Of a DNA stretch of 64,000 nt, positions 12,901 to 26,300 are shown in pieces; positions within the stretch are counted from its first letter, which is position 1, and the number at the start of each line of letters is the position of its first letter. Source of the DNA: Geosiphon pyriformis uo1 (taxonomy: Eukaryota; Fungi; Glomeromycota); assembly GCA_016748015.1 (NCBI GenBank), contig JAAOMT010000289.1:569639-633638 (forward strand), written 5' to 3'. The notes under the pieces were generated by a model that saw only the letters and a list, made by a program, of their open reading frames with translations, was not told where the DNA came from and did not search any database. A program made the position numbers and the translations under genes.

Positions 12901-15900
12901 AAGAATAAACAATCATTAAAATTTCTTGGACTTGAATTACTGGGTTGTCAAGATTATAAAAGAATTGAGCACAGACAACAGATTTGAGTTTGATTGTTTT
13001 CTTACAAAATAGTTAACAATTAATGATAAAAAGGCTTCTAAAATTGTGATTATAGTTCGAAATAATGTAAATTTGGTAAATACTATTAAATATTTGTTAT
13101 TAGTTAGAAAGAAATATAAATTGTCTAAGTACCATAAATTAAAAGTTGCTAAAGATATAATCATTAAAAGTACAATTAAAAGATAAATAGAAAATTTCAG
13201 TTTTAACAAAAAAAACATGATTAAAAATATTCTGGATTAGCTTTTTTGCAAAGTGGTTTTAGACCATTTAGTAATTGGAGAGGAATTGGTTCTAAAATCA
13301 GAAAAAGTAAAACTTAAAGTTAATAAAATTATGGTAGATTAAACAAGAAAACACAAAATGTCTTCAATGCTGTTTACTACTTGGTCTTGACAATATGCAC
13401 TATTGGGTTACATAAAAAAAATGCTTTTTTTGAAGTAATAGACAAATTAATATGTATAAAATAGTTATGGTAATTAATGACTTGTCTAATAATAAAGCAG
13501 TTAGTTTATCAAGCATATTAAATAAACTTTGGAAGCATTGTAATAATGAAATATTAGCTTGTATATTAAGTTTGCTGAATTTTTGTTTGGTGTTTAATAA
13601 TATTTCAACTCTTTAGAAGAAAGCATGAGTTTCAATAATTCTTAAACCATATGAATAAAAAAGCATCTTAACAAATATATAGCCTATTGTACTTATTAAA
13701 ACAGCTAAGAAGATATTATTTAAAATTTTATTATACTGTATTTTATCTGTTTATACTAGGTATAATATTTTTTATGATGATAACTTTTCAGTCTTAAAAA
13801 GCATTTATATTTAATCTTTTGTGTTTACTGTTGGATCTATAGTAGAAGATACTTTAAAAAAGAGTCAAAAAATTTGGCTGGTTCTGCAAAATATGCATAA
13901 AGCCTACAATTTAGTCAAGTAGTGGTACCTAAAAGCTAGTTTAAAACAGATAAAAATGTGTAACAAGTTTATTAAGTTTTTTGGAAATATATATGCAAAT
14001 AGAATTAACAGAGTGATAATTAATTTTGGACTTTTAAATAAATATAGAGTGCTAGATAAGCTGAATTAAAACAAAGTTTTCTTATTACTTTTGTGAAAGA
14101 TCTTTTGCTATACAAAATTAAAAAGCAGAAACATTTGTGTAAATACAGAATTAATATGAATCTCATGACAAAAACAGTCAGAATATAAATAAATAGGAAC
14201 ATATTTTTATTTTTTGTGGTAAGTATATTTGTTAATAATATAATTTGGATAGAAAATAATTAGGCTTTAACACAATATATTTTGAATATTGCCAATAAGT
14301 TTTTTGAAATAAATAATATTTCTATCAATAATAATAAAACTGTGGTAATTTTTACTAATCAAAAAGTCATAAAACTTCTTTGTACATTAATAGTTGGCCA
14401 ATTTTTATAGCTAAGTATAATAAATCTCACTAATATTTGGGTATTTTTTTGTTAATAGAAAATTTGTTTAAGCCCAGTTTTGCCAAAACACATTTAAATA
14501 TTAAGTTCTTTTTAACTTAGTTCTCAAGAAAGTATTATCTAATAAACAGTGTTACAAGTGATTATTTGGGGTCTCAAAGCAAATAACAAATCCGTAACTT
14601 AGTGTTCAATTGATTTAATAGTATTGGTAATATCTAAAGGTTTTTGTGATCTAAAGATTTTGGTTAAGTTTTTTGTATAATAGACAGAGATTCAATAGTG
14701 TTTCAGTAGCCTCCCAGAATCACAATTCTATCAAATTTCTTTCTCAGCATGGTGGCCAGTAATCTGGCAGAGATGTCTTTCTGGTAAGCTATTCTTAATT
14801 TATCAAACTTTATACCCTTCTTTTGGGGTCTTTTACCAGGCTATCTTTAACATCAATAATTCAGTACTTTACTTTTTAATCAATTAGCCAATAACAAAAA
14901 ATAACAAAATAACAGAGAAGAAAAAAAAAAAAAAAAAGAAATAACCCAAGACAATGAATATTAGTATTTTATTAATAGCCATGATCAAGAGCTATTGTTT
15001 TAGTATGATCAAGTATGGATTACTATTAACATGTAGAGTTGATAGTAGAGAGTGGTCTTGAGATAGTGAATAATTATTTATTGATATTTGTGATGTGGAA
15101 AGTTGCTTAGATTAAATCTAAACTAAGAAGTCTGTTCTTTCTACTTCTAATGCTACTGCTATATATACATAATTGAGATTTCTTAATTCCTTAATTCTCC
15201 ATACCAGGAATCCTGAAATTTCTGAAATCCTGTAATTCTTTGTATAAGAATTCTGAAATTTCTGGAATTCTGCAATTCCTTTGAGAAAAATCCTGGAATT
15301 CCACATTTACTATGTTTACCTCTGATTAGCTAATTTATATACTAATATACTTCCTATATTCTATGAGTAACATTATTTCTTTCTTTTAATATTGAGCTCT
15401 GTTGAGATTCCCTAATTCTAACTCTCCATTTTTGAGTATTTCTTGAACTTCTTTTCCAAATTTTATGAGTGGTGTTGGTGTCATGTTCATCTGAAAGTGG
15501 CCACACATGACTGGTACACATGTGTGCTGACTGTTTTAACTGAGTTGGAGCTCTTGCATCATTTAGTTAAGTACAGCATTGGTTTTAACTAGCCAGTTAT
15601 TACTAATAAGAGCTTGATACTAAGTGGCTTCTATCACTAAGACTTTGATTAATACAGTGATGCCATTGACTTTAAAGAAAAAGTCATCAATTTTGCCAAT
15701 AGGAGTCTTTGTGGCTTCATCAGCTGTAAAAATTCTGGTGTTGGCAGTATAATCAACTTGGCAACTTAATTAGTCCATGAATTGTTATGTAATAATACTG
15801 TCTGTTAATCTACTATTAAGGATCAGTTTGATGGACTGATCATCAACTTTGGCATCTGTGTACATCATGATGATAGATTTTACATCAAGAGCAGCTCTAC

Positions 15901-18900
15901 TAAAAAGAGGTACTTCTCAATCTCAAAAGGAAAAATTGCTGCTAACAACTTGTCATCAATGACAATTGCTGATGAAATGTTGCTGGTAAGTGATTTTTGG
16001 TTTGTTTCCAAGTTGTTGGATAAAGCATTTTTTGGAGTAACCAGAAGACTTAAATAGTTCTGAGAACTCAGATTTTGGGCATACCTAGTTCCTGAATTTC
16101 TTGGACATAATTTTGAGGGTTGTTGAGGTGTGCTGAAGATCAGTTAATAAACAACTATTGCCAATCTCCAGTTTTGTTAAATGGTTCTTGGCCTCTGATT
16201 TCTATTGGGCATAGTTATTTGTGGTGGTGTTTGAATAGATTGAGGTTGATAAACTAGTTGTGGCTGTGGTGGTTAATATATTATGAATATCACTGGTTGA
16301 TATATTGAAGATAAGTATAATTGCTGCATCATTGGTGCTTGATATATTGGCTGAATTACTTGAACATAATGTGATTGATGTTGGTAATATTCTTGTGATT
16401 GATTACTGACATAATTCTGAGTTTGGAGTCAGCAATCGGAGTTTCAATATTAATTTTCCAATCATTAATTACTTAACTATTTTTGACATTCAAATTGCAG
16501 ATGTTCTTGTTTATCACAATAATAGCACATACATATTTCCTGCTGTCACTATTGATTGGTTAAAGATGATAGATGCAATTGATTTTGGAAATGATTCACA
16601 TTTTTTTGATTATTTTATTATTGTAGAGGTTAATAAATGGCTTAATTGTTAGCTAAATATTCCTCTAATTTCTGATTGATTGAGTCACTAAATTGCTTTA
16701 GCTTGGAATCCAAGTCAGATGATTTATTCATTACTAAATTTATGGCTTGGGCATAGTTGGCTTTGAGTTCAGCTGCTTCAAAATTCCTGGCATTTGTAAC
16801 TGCAGCTTAAAAGTCTGCTGGATGTAGAGAATATATATGTTAAAGGATATTACTGTGCAGACCTCTAATGAATTGATTAAGAATTTGTGGTGCTGTGAAA
16901 TAATTGGCTTGAATTGCCTGAATTTGGCACAGATTCTTGTGGAAGTGTCCAAGGTAGATAGTGACTGCTTCATTTTCTCCTTGTTTGATAATGATAAAGA
17001 TATTTGCTAGACAATTAATACTATTATTGTTGCTAAAATATCATAAGAACTCAAGTTTGAATGCATTAAAATCTTGAGGTTTGTTGGCCAAGCTTTAATA
17101 TTATAAGTTGGCAGTATCTTGAAAAAAGTATGAGATGGTTTGCATGGCTCTGGCATCATTCCATCCATTGGCTGTGATGGCTTTTTTGACATTGTTTAAC
17201 CACATCTAGGCATTATTTTCTTTGCTGGTAAATTTTTTGATCTTGGTAATTGGTACGTATGCCATTTGTTGTTGTTGTTGTGACAGTTGTTGGAATGGTT
17301 ACTACAATTGTTGTTAATGTGGTAATTGTGGCTGTTGAATCAGTTCAACTGGTGGCTAACTAATTATGTTTATCAGAGGTAAGTTTTGTTGATTAATTAT
17401 GTTAGGGTTTGGATCATTTTGATTTTGGGGAGTTTGAAGATTTGAAGTTTCAATTTTTGGATTTTCTAAAATTGAGTTTTACTGAGTTTGAACATTCAAG
17501 GTTTCAATTTCCAGGTTTTTGACAATCGGGTTTTGGTAATTGAATTTCTGATTGTTATCTTTCTTTTTTTCTGATTCAGTTACTTCTCAAGGACTTGCAA
17601 TTCCAAAATCTGGTGAAAATAGTGGTAATCGAAATCTTAATAGCATTGGTAATTGCAATTTAAATTCCTCAAAATATTTATTATAGGTTCCTAATAGATC
17701 AGTTTTTGATTGTTTACTTTGAAATAGTATTTGTGCCAATGGGGTTTTCACATTTGATGTAAACACATCTGCTGATGAGATATTAATAGTGCTTTTAGAT
17801 ATATAGTGGTATAATAAATTAATTGGTAATTCAAGTCTTGTTTTCTTCCAAGTAGGTGCTTGTATTCTTTGGGGTGTTACTACTGATGTTTGTAGTTTTT
17901 TTTTGCCTTTGTTTGTGTAAGTAATTGGATATCTTTGTTAAGTGTAAATTTTAATTTTTTTATTAATTTCAGTGAGAATTGTTGTGAAATTATAATTTGC
18001 TAGTAGGCTGGTATTTTGAATTAATTTATTGTAAACATTTTCTCTTGTTGAGTTAGTTTCTACTGGTATTCCTAGCAAATATAAAATTTTTTTGTTGATG
18101 TAGAAATTGAAAACTGATTTTGCTAATAGGTGGTTGTTGGTTAATCCCAAGTGTTGACAATAATGCTGAAACAAGAATTTGGTGAATTCTAAATGATTTG
18201 TTCCTATTTTTTCTGGTTCTGCTATTTTGAATTGTTGTTAGTACTGGTTTTCTGTAAGATTATATTTCATAGGAAGCACCAAATGTTACAAGTAATTATT
18301 TGAGATCTCAAAACAAATAACAAATCCATAATTTGGTGCTTAATTAATTTAATAGTGTTGGTAATATCTGAAGGTTTTCGTGATCTGAAGGTTTTAGTTG
18401 AGTTCTTTGTATAATAGACAGAGATTCAATAGTGTTTCAGTAACCTCTTAGAATTGCAATTTCATCAAATTTTTTTCTCAGCATGGTGGCTGGTAATCTG
18501 GCAGAGATGTCTTTCTGATAAGCTATCCTTAATTTATTAAACTTTATACTCTTTCTTTGGAGTCTTTTACCAGACTATTCTTAACATCAATAATTTAGTA
18601 CTTTACTCTTTAATCAATTAGTTAACAACAAGAAATAACAAAATAACAGAGAAAAAAATAAAATAAAAGAAAAAAATAAGCCAAGACAATAAATGTTAGT
18701 ATCCTGTCAATAGCCATAATCAAGAGCTATTGTTCCAGTATAGTTAAGTATAGATTACTATCAAAATATAAAGTTGATAGTGGAAAGTGGTTTTGAGATA
18801 GTGAATAATTATTTATTGATATTTGTGATATGGAAAGTTGCTTAGATTAAATCTAAACTAAGAGGTCTGTCTTTTCTACTTCTAATACTACTACTATATA

Positions 18901-21344
18901 TACATAATTGAGATTCCTTAATTTCTCAATTTTTCATACCAGGAATCTTGGAATTTCTGGAATTCTGCAATTCTTTTGAGAAAAATTCTGGAATTCTGGA
19001 ATCCTGCAATTCTTTGTATAAGAATCCTGAAATTTCTGGAATTCTGCAATTCCTTTGAGAAGAATCTTGGAATTCCATATTTACTATGTCTATCTCTGAT
19101 TGGCTAATTTATATACTAATATACTTTCTATATTCTATGAGTAACAACAGTTTTTCTATTTGGTTTTAGCAGTTTTATAACTTATTAATAATTATTAGAT
19201 ACAGTTTAGTTTTATATTTAAGAGTATATATTAAAAATAAGATGTTATGTTTAGAAAAAAATTAAAATCTAAGGTTAATTTGCCAAGAAATTTTTTTAAT
19301 AAAGCATTACATTATTTTTCTTTTTATGGACTTAAAACATTTAAACAGATACAAGTAAAAAACAAAATTGCTTTGTTGATTGAATTCTTTAATATACTTA
19401 ATATACTTAATATCCTTAGTCAATTGCCTAATCATTATTTTTTGAATTTGCAAGTTTTAAAATAAGTTTTAATAAATCTTTTATAGTATTTTATTAGATT
19501 AAAGATTAGTTTTGTAAACAATTTTTTAGCAAATGTTGTAAAATTTTTTTTGAATAATAAGATATCTTTAATTAACAATTTGTCTTGTGTATTTTGTGAT
19601 GCTGGTTATTTTTCTATGTCTGTAATTTTGGATGACTTCTTTTATTATAATATGATTTCTTTTTTGAAGTATTCTGGTGTTGTTTTTGGTAATAAATGGC
19701 TAGATAAATATGAATTGGTAATAAGTTGAAAAACTTTTCATTACTAAAAAAAATTGGGTTCTAGAAATTCAATGTCTTTGTGGTTTAAAAAAGTTTTAAT
19801 CTACATAAATAATTATTCTGTTAATACTGGTGTAATTGCTCTTGCTTTTGGCTGTTTAAATGTTATTTATTCAGACAGCTTTTCAAATATTAAGAAACAT
19901 TTATATAAACTATGAATTAATGTTTTTAATATTTACACAGACAAATCTTTGAAACATTTAAGTATTGTAGAAATTGCTGATAAACAGTGACTTATTTTTC
20001 TAATATTAAGATGGATATGAGTGTTGAGATGCATAAATTGTTGTTTTTTATACTAATGAAACTTTAGACAATTGCTTTGATATTAAAATATATGTTTTTA
20101 TTTTGCTTGATAGTTGTATATATAGACAGTCAAACAGTCTTAAATGCATGTACTTTAGAAATCAAACTGTATCTGCTGAATTTTTAGAACAAGTACTAAA
20201 TGAAAAAGTATTATATTGTTAATTTAATCAAAATTAAAGATATTTTGGTTAAGTAGATAAAAATCAAAAATTATTTAAGAAATAGTAGTACTAACAGAAC
20301 TAATGCTTTCACATACAATATAACATGTTCAGATTTTGTTTTCTCTAAAAGAATTAATAAAAAACATATTATGGCTGATAGTTAGATAATATTAGAAAAT
20401 ACTTATTACTTTGTTTAAAATATTTATCAAACTGTTTGTTATGCTTAATAAAAAAACTGGTTCTGGTGCTGGAGTTATGAATAAGATGATAATTAATAAT
20501 ATAGATTAGGCTAGTACTGTAAAAGTTTGGCATCCAGACTTATATATGTCTTTAGAATTTACAAGTAGGACTTCAGTTCTACTTTATACATATTTGATAA
20601 AAATAGTTCAAAGAAAACTGTTTATTGCTATTAGAAAGAAACTTTATAACAGAAGTTATCTTAGGATATTATGCTTAATATAAAATAATATTAAACTACC
20701 TAATTATGTTTTTACTTGTTTAAAAGAAGCAAAAACACATTTTGAGATCTTGTTAAGTTATATAAATTTATAAAAGTCTTTAGTAATTAGATGTTTTTTA
20801 TTGTCATCTTTAATATTATGAACTTTTTTTTTGGGAATATTAAATATTAGTATTTATGTGGCTTTATGTAAAGATTTTGTTTTTAAAAATTGAACAAATA
20901 AAACAGTTTCAATTTATGACAATAGAAAGAAAACTGTGTTGATAATAGTTGATTTTGCTTAATGCTTAGCTGTGAAACATTAGAGTAAACTATAGTTGTT
21001 TGGAGCAAAATTCAAAATAGATATAAAAAAGAATGGCTTAATTAGTAATATAGAAGTAGTTTTTTTATTTTCTTGTAGAGTGTTTTATTGTTTATTAGTA
21101 AGAGTTATTTGTTTGTTTAATATTGTTAAATCTTTTATTATAAGTTTTGGTTTATATAAGACTTGTTTTTTTTTAAGCATTTATGATGTTGTAAATGTAT
21201 ATATAAGTGTGTAATATTGCTTTAATTGGCCTAAATAATTGGTTATATATAGTAAGCATATAAGTTATATTTGATTAAATTCACTTAGTTTGTTTTTGTA
21301 TATTAGATAATAATTAAATTATACTTATTAATTAATAAAAAAAA
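9957..21344 (+). mobile_element. Heavily eroded full-length non-LTR retrotransposon (LINE copy 1), interrupted by a Gypsy at 14550-19146
   Basis: Collinear with LINE copy 2: similar 5' pyrimidine-rich start, APE remnants (FVILGGNFN, TDHK), RT remnants (LVLQNMHKAYN), RNase H (IYTDKSL) and 3' poly(A). The frame rejoins across the insertion as SNKQ|FFYLVL versus SDKQFSYLVS. Weak candidate TSD AATTAAAATTAA (9943-9954 / 21343-21354). Confidence 0.88.
14550..19146 (-). mobile_element. Ty3/Gypsy family A, copy A1: internally deleted (gag + protease only), both LTRs intact
   Basis: LTRs at 18284-19146 (5') and 14550-15372 (3') with TGTTAC...GTAACA termini. 4-bp TSD ACAG, PBS TGGTGCTTCC and PPT AAAAGAAAGAAATAA. 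Gag and LILxS protease remnants are present; RT and integrase are absent. Confidence 0.93.
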
Positions 21345-21354
21345 TTAAAATTAA

Positions 21355-21422
21355 GATTAATAGATTTATAACAATTTGTTACAAATTTTTTTTTGTAACA
21401 GATTATTATAAATCTATTAATC
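21355..21422. repeat. 31-bp inverted repeat (29/31 match) with a 6-T loop between the two LINEs
   Basis: GATTAATAGATTTATAACAATTTGTTACAAA-TTTTTT-TTTGTAACAGATTATTATAAATCTATTAATC. Confidence 0.85.
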
Positions 21423-21605
21423 CAAAAAATAAAATAAATTTAATTATCATTTATTCTAAAAAAAAAAATTCTTCTCTCCTTCATCCCAAATTCCTAAAAA
21501 AGAGTCAAAAAGTTTTTTGAAAAAAGTTTTTTTACAATTCAGTATGATAAATCTAAACCCTTTATTCTTGATTACAAGACCACCATTGGCTGTAGTATTG
21601 CTGTT

Positions 21606-23396
21606 ATGAAGAAAGCTGCTAAAGCTTCTGTGTCTGGTGGTGGCTTCAGACCTATTCTCCTGAGTAAAAAGAGAAGAGACAGGGTTTTGGAAGGTGGTTC
21701 TGGTGGTAATAATGTCAGTTCTAAAGTTTGGAAAAGTAGCTTATGGGATTCTGAGACTGGTGAAACCACTGAGTCTGAGAGTGTTGACATGGAAGAGAAA
21801 TGTCTGGTAGAGGAAACCAGTTTCGACTACAGTAAAGGCGGTGCTCTTGCTGAAAGAGATCATGATTAAACACTTACAGGTATAAAAGTCAAAACGAAGA
21901 AGGCACTGGGCAAACCATTGAGGAAAATTGATTTTTCGCTCGACAATAATGATGATGATGTTTTTCTTGATATTTTGTTGGCACTTCCCACGCCTGTCAA
22001 AAAGTTGGTTGCCATTTCCATCTGTAAATCTTTCACTTTGAATATTGGCTTGGACAAGATTACTGGGAAATCATCTTAGGAGAAATTGGTGGTAGTCAGA
22101 AAATTGTTTTCAAGAGTCAATGGTTTTGGGAGGGTCTTTACCCCCTCAAAATTTGCTGGGATCATCTGGGCAACATTCACTTCTAAAGCGAGTTTGGTGA
22201 AGGCTACCAAAATGGCTACTGATGCGAAAATTCTGGTGAATACTGATCTCAGAAAATCATCTGGACATTTAGATTAGGCTGTGGTGTTAAAAAAAATTCT
22301 GGTTGGAACATTAGCTGAGGCTGTGCATGCTGCTCTCTCCAATTTTGGTATAATTAAGTCGATTAAGATGCAGTTGGTAGGGCTGTGGCAAAAAGCTGTG
22401 ATGGAATTTGAGCAATTAGACCAAGCTGATTTGGTCACAGCTGAATGGTCCATCCTTATTGGGAAGGATGTGGTGCATGTTGCGAAATCAGACAAAAACA
22501 AAGAAACATGGGACAAGAGAGATGTTCATAAGGCTTTGTTGTATACTCTACCTGTGGAAACAAATGCACATAATATATGGGATTACATCAAATCTGTTGG
22601 TGGAAAGACTTGTGTAATCGACCGTCATCTGGTTTCATATGCTCAAGCCAGGTGCGCCGCTGTCTGTTTTGACTTTGCTAATTCATTGAATGCAGTCATG
22701 GGTACAATGCCTGTGCTTAGAGGTGCAAACTTGCACTGGTCTAGTCTCATAATGGCTAAGTATGCTAAGTGTGGGAACTCAGGTCATACATCTCTAGATT
22801 GTGCTGCTGGTGGGAAGATCCCTTCTAGTAGTCCCCAGTGCAGGATACTTTCAGATTCTGATAAAGGCAGACTTGCTACCATTTACGCCAGATGCTCAGC
22901 TTCAGTTGCCCATCCTGTGTCTTTTGGTAGTGCCTCTTGGGCACAAATTGTTGTAGGATTTTCTTTTCTTTCTCTTCCAGTTCAGAATGGTTTGTTGAGT
23001 ACTGGCTCCTCTTTAGAAGTGAAGCCTGCCCCACAGGTGTTTTTGGCATTGAATGATAGGTTTGCCACTCTTAAGCACAGTCTTGCCAGTCTCACAGAGC
23101 ATGTTGATAAGCTGGCTAAGAGGTTGGACACACCTGAACTGACAGTTTCTCAGCTTAGCCTTGGATGTCAACCATTGGTGACCCTTTCATCACAGAATCA
23201 AGGGGCAGATATAGTGATGAGTGAGAGTTCAGGTGTGGCCACTAGTGGTGAAACTGTTGTGGGAGCAGTGTTATTTGATAATTCTGTTATCACAAAGATG
23301 GAGGAAACATTAAGGAACCTTTTGGTAACAATTATGAGCTTTTCGGCTAAAATGGAAAATGGTGGTTCAGTTCCTGATACTCGTTCTTCCCAATGA
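21606..23396 (+). pseudogene. LINE ORF1 (RRM-like region plus zinc knuckle)
   Basis: One frame interrupted by stops at Gln-type codons. RRM-like FGIIKSIKMQL..KAVMEFE and a degenerate CCHC knuckle (Y)AKCGNSGHTSLDC. Confidence 0.85.
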
Positions 23397-26300
23397 CTGA
23401 TTTGATTTAAAAGATTGCCACGTGTAATGTCAAAGGTATGAACAATAGTGCAAAGCAGTTGGACATTGTACATTGGCATAAAAACATGAACAATTTGGTT
23501 TCCATTGTTACTGAAACAAAATTGAAGGGAAAGGTTTGTTCTTAGATCACTGATAAGTTTGATAGAGTTTGCATTTTCACTTCTGATTCAGATTCTAGTC
23601 ACATAAGATCTGGTGTTGCAATTATTATGAACTCATCTTTGGCGAAGCATATGTGCAAGGTTCTGAAGGTGCCTGGTCAACTCCTGTTGGTGAAATTGCT
23701 TTTCAAAAACAGACTCTCTGTTTCCATTTTGGGGCTATATGCTGGTGCATCTTTGACAGTTCATTTTTCTCAAGCTGATGAAATTAATTCTCTCATTGCT
23801 AGAGCTGTAAATGAATTCTCTTTTGTTATTCTTGGTGGTGACTTTAATAAAGATGGATTTCACAAGTGCATCAGTTTCAGGAAGTGCTTTGATTTGGGTT
23901 TAGTCAACTCTCTGGGTGAGAGCTCTCTTGCTAAGTCACCAACTTGGTGCAATTCTCGTGGTGTTGCCAAGATTATCAATTATATGTTTCTTTCTTCTAA
24001 CTTGATTAATGCAATTGTGGATCATGGCATGTTGAGTGTTGATGAATTTTTTGACACTGATCATAAGGCTGTTTATGTTTCTGTGGATCTGGGTGGTTTG
24101 TTGGATGCAAGGCTTTTCTCGATACATAAGCAGGCCAACAGAAATCACTGGAAGTTTGATGTCAAGGATGTGATTGAGTTGAAGTGGGCTGAATTTAGGG
24201 ATGGTACAGCTGCTAATGCCTCTATGTTCTCAGATGCATTTGTTGCAGCTGGGAAATTTTTGGATTTGGATGCGATGTGGGACATTATTCGCAAAATTAT
24301 GGTTCTTTCAGCAAGTGGAACTTTCAAGAAAAAATGGTTCAAAGGTTTTGATAGCATTTTCAATAAGGTGTCTTTTAGATTTCATAAGCTAGAGTTGCTG
24401 GTTTCTAAGCTGGTAAAGACTTCCCGTTTGACATCTGGAGGTAATTTTGCTCTATTGTTGGATACATGGGACAGGCTTGACTCTACTGGCACTTTGCCAG
24501 TGAAGTCTCTGTTCCTTTCAGGGTCTGGTTTTGATGGTATTTGCTCTAAGCTGGCTAAGGCAAGAAAGTCTTACTGTTCTTCCAAGATGCTGGAATCTAA
24601 GCATGCTGAGGAATCTCATATAAGACAGGCCATTGAGAGTAAGATGGAGAGCTTTGAGTTAGACAAGGATCATATTATCAGAAGTGTTTTGGAGTGTCTA
24701 TTTTACAAGGTAGTGTTGGATCATTTGGTAGTAGATAGTAAGTTGGTTTTGGAACCTAAGCTGGTTAAATCTAAGATAGATAAGATTATGGAGGGATAGA
24801 CTAGGAGGCGGTTGGTGGTTTTGGACTTCTCTGATAATTGGAGATGCCAATTTTGGCCTTTGGACTACGTTTTTGATGGTGCTTTCTCTGGTGTTATGGA
24901 ATCAATTAGTTTTGGTGAAATGTTCAGTGTCATTTCATGTTTGCCTGATGGAAAAGCAGCTGGTCTTTCTGGCATCTCTAATGAATTATGGAAGCATTGC
25001 GACAGAGTGGTTCTGAATATGCTTTTGGTGCTTCTAAATCTCTGTCTGGTCTGTGAGTTGGTGTCTGGTCCTTGGAGAGAAGTCTGGGTTTTAATGATTC
25101 CTAAACCCTATGAATAGGAGGGTGTTTTCATGAACACCCATCCTATTGCTTTGATTGAAACAGCCCGCAAGATCCTTTCCAAAATCTTGTCAGACAGGAT
25201 ATCTTTGGCTTACAGTGAGTTTAACATTTTGCGAGGGAACAATTTTTCTGTTTTAAAGGGTATGACACACACAGTCACCCATTTTTGCCATTGGTTTTGT
25301 GGTCGAGGATGTCTTGGAGAAAAACAAGGAGCTGTGGCTGGTTTTACAGGACATGCGAAAAGCGTATGATTCGGTTGGTTGGAAGCATCTTAAGAGGAGT
25401 TTGATCAGGATTAAAATGTGTGACAGGTTCATTAGATTTTTTGATAACATCCACAATAATCGCAGGAACAGGATAATAACTGATTTTGGCTTGACTGATG
25501 GGTATATGGTTTGTGATGATTTGGATTAGGGTGAAGTTTTCTTGCCACTCCTCTGGTGTATTTTTTATGATTTGCTTATGTGTGAGGTGAAGAGACAAGA
25601 GGAGATGTGTGGTTACAGATTGAATTCATATTTCGTTTCCAATACTGGCCATGTGGAAACTCAGGCTGGTTTGATGTCGTTTTTGCGGCTGGTGTTTTTG
25701 TTGATGATACTATCTGAGTTGGTAGCAGCCAGGCCACTACACAACACATTCTGAACATTGCTAGTGAGTTCTTCAGGATTAATGAGATTTCGATTAACAA
25801 TGACAAAACCGTGGCTATTCCCGTCAACTGCCAAGTCGAGACCCTTTACCTGACTGTTAGTGGCTCACCTATCTCCATAGCCAAAAAGGGCGAACTTTAT
25901 CATTATTTTGGTATTTTTTTGTCCTTTAATGGTCTTTCAGTGCCCAGCTTGGCCAAGGCCTACTTAGATGTCCAATTTTTTGTCAACCTTGTTCTGAAGA
26001 AGGCCATCTCAGATAAGCAATTCAGTTATTTAGTTTCTGTGGTGCTGTTCCCTATCATTAGCTATAGAACTCAGTTCAGTTTTGTTCTTGTTAGTGTGTG
26101 TAATAAATAGGATGCTCTGATTCGCAAAGGCTTGAAGTCTAAGTCTGAACTGCCACTTGATTTCCTCAATGATGCATTTCATCATTCTTTCTTGTATGGT
26201 TTAAAAACTTTTGAACAAATTCAGGCAGAGAGCAAATTGGCCTCCGTCATTGCTTTTGCAAATTCAGTTGGTATTTTAGGCTGCTTATTTTCTTACAGGT

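Noticed and set aside
10161-21214. Many 60-90 aa Leu/Ile/Phe/Lys-rich ORFs
   Set aside because: They are chance frames or fragments within the eroded LINE and Gypsy sequence.
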